A stretch of DNA of 64,000 bases, taken from the NCBI RefSeq assembly GCF_009914755.1, contig NC_060932.1; one strand, given 5' to 3'. The notes under the pieces were generated by a model. The model did not search any database. It saw only the letters and a list, made by a program, of their open reading frames with translations, and was not told where the DNA came from. Numbering within the stretch: the stretch's first letter is position 1; each line of letters starts with the position of its first letter. The DNA is from the human T2T-CHM13v2.0 reference genome, Homo sapiens. The position numbers were made by a program, and so were the translations under genes. Positions 54,766 through 64,000 of this stretch are shown here, piece after piece.

Positions 54766-55195
54766 CTAGCAATTATCATTATTGCAATTTTACATTTTTT
54801 GTGTCTGTCTTCCTCACCAGTCTGCAAACAGTACCTGGTTTTGCACATCTCAGCGTCTAACCCTGTGCCTAACACATAGTAAATGTTCTATAAATAATTG
54901 TAGGATGTGTAAATAAAGGTGTTGAACCTGGGCTTTCACTTTTTTTTCCTTGCCTTGTTACTACCAAAAAGACAGCCACCCAAGGGACTGGATTTCTATT
55001 AAATCCACCCTTTACTGAGCCCTGCTGCTCCTATCTCTGGAGGTGGGTCCTCACCAGAACCCTAGTCCTGTATAGGAAACCAAGGAGCCAAGTGCAGACC
55101 ACCCAACTAACCTTAATTATAGGACTGGGGATGGAGGGATGGAGGGAGAGAGGAAAAGGCGCAGTAAAATAATGTGCGCAGTGGCTCACACCTGT

Positions 55196-55717
55196 TGTCG
55201 TAACCGAGCGAGTTATAGAGAAACACCACACTTTGAGACTAATTCAGGAGTCCTTTATTGCCGGCGACCGAGAGACGACTACAGCTCAAAATTCTCTCGG
55301 CCCTGAAGAAGGGGCTAGATTTCTTTTTATACCTTGGTCTAAATAGGGAAGGGGTAGTCTAGCTGAAGCAATTTTTACAGAAGCAGAACAGGCAAAGAGT
55401 TAAAAGATAAATGGTTATAGAAACAGTTACAGGAAAATAAACAGTTCCAGGTGCATGGGGCTTAAATTATCACAAAGAGATAAACGCAGGGGCTTTGGGT
55501 ACCATCAACCGAGCGCGTTCCCAGGAGCTGCTGGTACAGCTTGCCTCAGTATCTTATCAGTAAGCACATTCCTGGATGTGCTTGGTGTCAGTCTGCACCA
55601 GTTATGTCCTTAAGGGAGGGGGACAAGGTGCTGCAAGCGAAGAAACCAAAATGGAGTCTGTCCCGCTCTCTCAGCTAAGAGCGAGTCAATCAGGTTAAAA
55701 CAAGGTAGGGTATCAAG
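55196..55717 (-). mobile_element. Solo ERV1 LTR (LTR6B-like) inserted into an Alu (55177-55195 + 55718-56000)
   Basis: - strand TGATACCCTACCTTGTTTTAACCTGATTGAC...; 4-bp TSD CTGT within Alu cctgt|aatccc. Confidence 0.75.
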
Positions 55718-56029
55718 CTGTAATCCCAGCGCTTTGGGAGGCCGAGGAGGGCAGATCCTTGAGCTCAGGAGACCAGCTTGGGCAACAAGATGAGAGTCTC
55801 ACACCCCGCCCTGTCTCTACAAAAAACAAAACAAAACAAAACAAAAAAAAGCCAGGCATGGTAGCTCATGTCTGTGGTCCCAGTTACTGCGAGGCCGACG
55901 TGAGAGAATCACTTGAGCCCTGGAGATCGAGGCTGCAGTAGCCGTGATCACACTCCAGCCTGGGCGAAAGAGACCCTGTCTCAAAAAACAAACAAAACAA
56001 TGTGAAATTAAGCCAAAAGCCATCACACG

Positions 56030-57000
56030 TGCATCCAAAGGACGGCCGCTACCCGCGACCCCTTCCCAACGCACGCGGGAGGTTGCGGGATCAGGGACAG
56101 GGGCTTCAGCAGGGAGCCCCCAGACCGGCCCTGACAGGAATTCAAGACCTGGCGCCTGCTCATTCCCCCAGTCGGGGCGGCGGCGGCAAGCCTCGGCCGG
56201 CGGCGATCTGCACACCCGCGGAGAAGAGAGGCAGGGGGTCGACCCCACAGCCCAGCCCGGCGCGTCCCCCGCGCCCCCGCGCGAGCCCGAGTCGCCGGCG
56301 GAAGTGCTGCGTCGCGCACTTCCGGGTGTTGTCTGGCCGCCGTAGCGCGTCTTGGGTCTCCCGGCTGCCGCTGCTGCCGCCGCCGCCTCGGGTCGTGGAG
56401 CCAGGAGCGACGTCACCGCCATGGCAGGCATCAAAGGTGGGCCTGGGTTGCAGGACGCGGGAGGGCTGGGGCCGGCGGGGGAAGATGGGCCGGGGGTCCC
56501 ACGCGGCCCCCGCACTTCCCCTCCGGGCTCGCGCGCGCGCGTGGGGTCCCTGCGCCGGGGAAGCGACCCCCGCCCCGGCCCTGCGCTTGGCCCGGAGGTG
56601 GGCGCGGCGCCCTCGGGCAACGGACGGTTGCGACCCCGGCTTCGCCCTGCAGCCCCCACTTTCTGCCGATTTCGGCAGCCTCTCTCCCACCCATCGCCCC
56701 CCGGACAAAATATGAAGTGGTTGGCGGTCAGTGAGGAGTCCCGTCGCGACTTGGACGGCCACACACGTTTTGCAGGAGTTTGCATCCGAGAGAGAGGCAG
56801 GCAGAGCGTGGGATTGAGAAGGCTGAGGCTGCTAGAGATGCCAGCTATGGAAAACCAGTCATTTCCCACCGAAAGGCACAAGTGCGGTCTGCGGGCGCTG
56901 CACGGGTCTGCCCGAAACCTCGACCCCACGTCCACCCCGGCCGCCCGCGCCCGAGGCTTTACAGGCTCCCGAAACGGGTGCATTTTCATCTGCGGTGTCT
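56030..57000 (+). promoter_or_regulatory. LEPROTL1 CpG-island promoter with inverted ETS pair
   Basis: CpG rich; CGGAAGTGC 56299-56307 and GCACTTCCG 56316-56324; CGACGTCA at 56408. Confidence 0.85.
56421..56436 (+). CDS. LEPROTL1: LEPROTL1 (endospanin-2, Vps55 family) coding exon 1 (MAGIK/A)
   Basis: Strong Kozak ACCGCCATGG; 16 nt, then GTGGGC donor; known N-terminus MAGIKALISL. Confidence 0.93.
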
Positions 57001-58295
57001 GGACCCTAGAGTTGATCCTGTAGGCGACCCCAAAGTGCTCCTGGCTCTCTTCCCTCTCCGCAGTTGCACCCTGAGGCTTTTTCAAATTTCAAAATTTTTC
57101 TTTTTTTCCTTTTTTTTTTTAAGAAGATAAAATACTGGTACAACTTAATGAAAAACTACTGGCTTATTCATGTATTTTCTTTTAAAAAAAGGAATGTTGC
57201 ATTTGTTCCACCTGTTAGGTAGTTTTGTTGTCAGTGTGATGAGAAGCAAAGTTTTCAGCTACTGCTTAACTAATTACATTGATTTCTTGACCTGCCGCTC
57301 TGTAGAAGGGCAGTCAGGCAGGAAGCAGGTAACTTTGGGAGCAGTGGTTTTCTTTGTATTTTTTCTTCTCTAAGGAAAACTTAATCGAGTTTTTTTTCAG
57401 GGTCACAGTCTTACTGTTTCTTGTTTATTTTCAATGTCTGAAAACATTTCATTTCCCATATAAAACCTTGTCATTTAAGCAACTGGGATACTTTGTAATC
57501 TCCTTTTGAACTATGATAGACTCTAAACCCTTATGTGAAAGGCAGTTATTGTGAATTGCTGTGGTTTTTAGGATGTTGCCCGTTTCCCTGTTCTTCCCTG
57601 TTTCTTCAGTGTCAATAATGCGGGGGTCTCTTAAGAAAATAGCTTTGTAATTTACTTCTCCAGACCTAGGGAAATACTGCATTAAACTGATGAAGGTGCC
57701 TCAGGTGAACTGCACTTTTGATTTCAGCAGGATTTTCTGGTTGTTATGAGTCAGTATGTTTCTTTCTCTTGGCCTAATATCTTTATATTAGGAAGGAGTG
57801 TTGCTGTAATTAGAGACCATTAGGCATTGCTTGAGCCATTTGTCTATTACTTTTTGATATATTGGATTTTCTGGTAACTCCCAGGTTAGAGAAGTGGTCC
57901 CTCCTTCTACTCTAATTTCTTTGTAATCACAGAATCAGCATCTTGTCTCTAGAGAGTTTTGCTAGATAATTGGGCTGCTCCATGCCTAGCCTAGAGGCTT
58001 TGGGAGTAGAACCCAGACTTATCTAAGCTTTGTCTTCCAAATGTTGCATCACTCAATTACTGTATGAATTCTTGCCTTGTTGATGTGTCATTTAAGAAAC
58101 AGCTTATATACAAATGATGAAGTGTATATATAAATCTTCCTAGTTGCCAATTTCATAAGATTGAAGAAACTGCAAGTTTTGAGAACACTTTTAAGCAATT
58201 TATTTAACCTCTAATTGGCTACCTTATTCGGTATGACTGGGAGATGTCACATCAAACTGTGTTATGAATATTTAAAAAAAATTTAGTATTTAATC

Positions 58296-58593
58296 CTGGC
58301 GCGGTGGCTCACACCTGTAATCCCAGCACTTTGGGAGGCCGAGACGGATGGATCATGAGGTCAGGAGTTCAAGACCAACCTGTCCAAGATGGTGAAACCC
58401 CATCTCTACTAAAAATACAAAAAAATTAGCTGGGCATGGTGGCAGGCACCTGTAATCCCAGCTACTCAGGAGGCTGAGGCAGGGAATTGCTTGAACCCGG
58501 GAGGCAGAGGTTGCAGTGAGCCAAGATTACACCACTGCACTCCAGCCTGGGCAACAGAGTGAGACTCTGTCTCAAAAAAAAAAAAAAAAAAAA

Positions 58594-58632
<39 letters not shown>
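58296..58632 (+). mobile_element. Alu with (TA)(CA)n tail
   Basis: TSD atttagtatttaat. Confidence 0.9.
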
Positions 58633-58635
<3 letters not shown>

Positions 58636-60216
58636 TTAGTATTTAATGGAGTAGAAGTATTATCTCAAGGTATCTTGATTCCCCCAAACAAATGTTATTC
58701 CAGTATTCATATTCATAGCACTTACAATAAGACAATCTTGGTTTATGTTTTTAAAATTGTTTTTTGATACCTGAGCCTTATCTCATTTTAGTCCCTTGGT
58801 TTTTTTTTTTTTTTAAGGAATCATTTTTCATTAACTTTGTAAGAGTGTAATCAAAGAATTTAGGCCTTCTTTTTTGATAAAAACTTGAATGACTGTTCTC
58901 TGTCACAGAACAGCCACCTTCAGAGGCCCTCATGGTCCTAAGGTGGCTTGCCTCTTGCGGAGATTACCGTGAACACGCTTTTTGAGATTTTTCTGCCTGG
59001 TTTAAATTTTTTTTGTTGTTTCCTCCCTCCTGTCAAAGGGCAATTCTTGCTTGTATGCAACTCTTTCTCCTAATTCCCATTTGTTTCAGTGTGGGAAGAT
59101 AAACTTAGAAAATTTTGTGTCACAAGGTATATAGGTAATAGTGATTACTTTTGATAAGAGAAAGTTCCTTTTCACTTAATTTTTGTTCTGGGTATATGAA
59201 TTACCTATTGAAAAATATATATAAGTGAGCATAGATGATTCTTTAAAATAAAAATGTGTTTTACTCTGAATTCCCATCTAACAATTGTGTCACGAAAATG
59301 AGTTAGTATAAATAAGAACTTAAGGGTCTGTTTATAGAGAATGTTGGCTTTAGTATATGGGCTTTGTAACATCTATTTTGTCTCTTTTTAGTGGCCTTTG
59401 TTTTCTCCAGGATTCTAAGTTGCGTATAAATGGCTTCTGAATGAATGAGGTGTTACTAGGTAGTATTTATAGTAATGGACTTAGCTGTCTTAACAGTACC
59501 TTTAGTGTTCAGAAAATTATCTGCATTTAAGATCTAGTCCAACTGTCATTTTAGAGAAGGAAGAACTGAGACTCATAAATTACTTGGACAACTAGTTAGT
59601 AACTATTAGGGCCTTGGACCCTCCAGAGTCTCAGTTCCATGCTGCTTCCACTCTGCTACATTCATTCCACAAATATTTGTTGAGTGTTAAGAGCCAGGCA
59701 CAATCATCACAACAGAAAAACTTGCTCCCTCCTTTCGTGAAATGGACAGTTGAGAAGGAAAGACAAAATACAAACCAGTAGGAAATCGCAGCTGATAATT
59801 GAGCAAAGGAGAGGCATTCAGTGAACAGAGGACCTCAGCATACACGGGTCTCTGCCAGGAATACTCATCCCAAATACCCACATGATTTCCTCCCTCCCCT
59901 CATACAGATCTTTGCTCAGGTGGTGCTTCATCAGAGATGCCTTCCCTGGCCACTGTATCTAGACTAGCACTCCCATCCCTTACTCTACCTGACGTTTGTC
60001 ATCACTTGACATTTATTCACTTGCTTATTAAAAATCATTTTCTTCTCCCACTAGAACGTGAGAGCAAAAGCTTTGATTGTTGTCATTGCTCTGTCTCCAG
60101 TAGCAAGAACAGTATCTGACACACGTTAGGTGCTCCATAGATGTTTGTTAGAGGAATGAATAAATAAATATAACAGGGAATTGGTCTAATCAGGAGGTTT
60201 GGAAAAACTTCACTGA

Positions 60217-63576
<3,360 letters not shown>

Positions 63577-64000
63577 TTAGGATAGAAAGAACTTCTCAAA
63601 GTTAACATTTTAACATTTAGATAAATTAGAAAAAGATGGACAACTCAATAGAAAAATAAATACAAAAAGAGAACTACAAATTGCTAATAAGCACATAAAA
63701 ATATCCCCAGCCTCACTCAAAACTAAACAAAATCTATTGACAAAGACAAGAGACAGGGCAAGCAGGGACTCTTTTGTGCTGTGGGGGGAGTACACATAGA
63801 TAGTTTTCTTGGAGATAAGTTTGCTTGTAGCTCTCAAAGTATATATTCTTTGAGTTAGCCCTTTCACTTGTTAGACTTTCTGATACAAACCCACTTGCAG
63901 ATGTTTACAAAGATATATTTAGTGGGGGAGAGTATGGATGTTCAAGCAGCCTTGTTTATTTTTTGGTTTTTGTTTTTGTTTTGTTGTTTTATGCGTTATT

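Noticed and set aside
55817-57085. 422-aa - strand ORF and other long ORFs over the LEPROTL1 promoter
   Set aside because: GC-rich CpG island depleted of stops; ends in an Alu; low-complexity R/P/G/A with no recognisable domain

Overview
Human-type genomic DNA; the SARAF/LEPROTL1 gene pair places it at 8p12 by prior knowledge. It contains the complete SARAF (TMEM66) gene on the - strand: 6 coding exons that I spliced by hand to 1020 nt (339 aa + stop), with poly(A) signals near 24.0 kb. It also contains the first two coding exons of LEPROTL1 on the + strand. The two CpG-island promoters diverge about 12 kb apart, and the spacer is packed with solo ERV1 LTRs (LTR12, MER4-, MER34-, LTR7- and LTR6-like). 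The rest is dense in Alu, L1, L2/MIR, MaLR and decayed ERV-L internal sequence. The most notable observations are a U6 snRNA/L1 chimeric retrocopy later split by an Alu whose tail became a ~690-bp TA/CA repeat, a complex insertion built from inverted copies of neighbouring sequence (~10.2-10.5 kb), an AluYb8/AluS chimera, inverted Alus tightly flanking SARAF exon 3, and a perfect 22-bp hairpin. Almost all long ORFs in the supplied track are repeat or CpG-island artefacts. I see no convincing novel gene system. Repeat subfamily names come from memory of consensus sequences and need RepeatMasker/Dfam confirmation; repeat boundaries are approximate, and several ordinary Alus are omitted or grouped.
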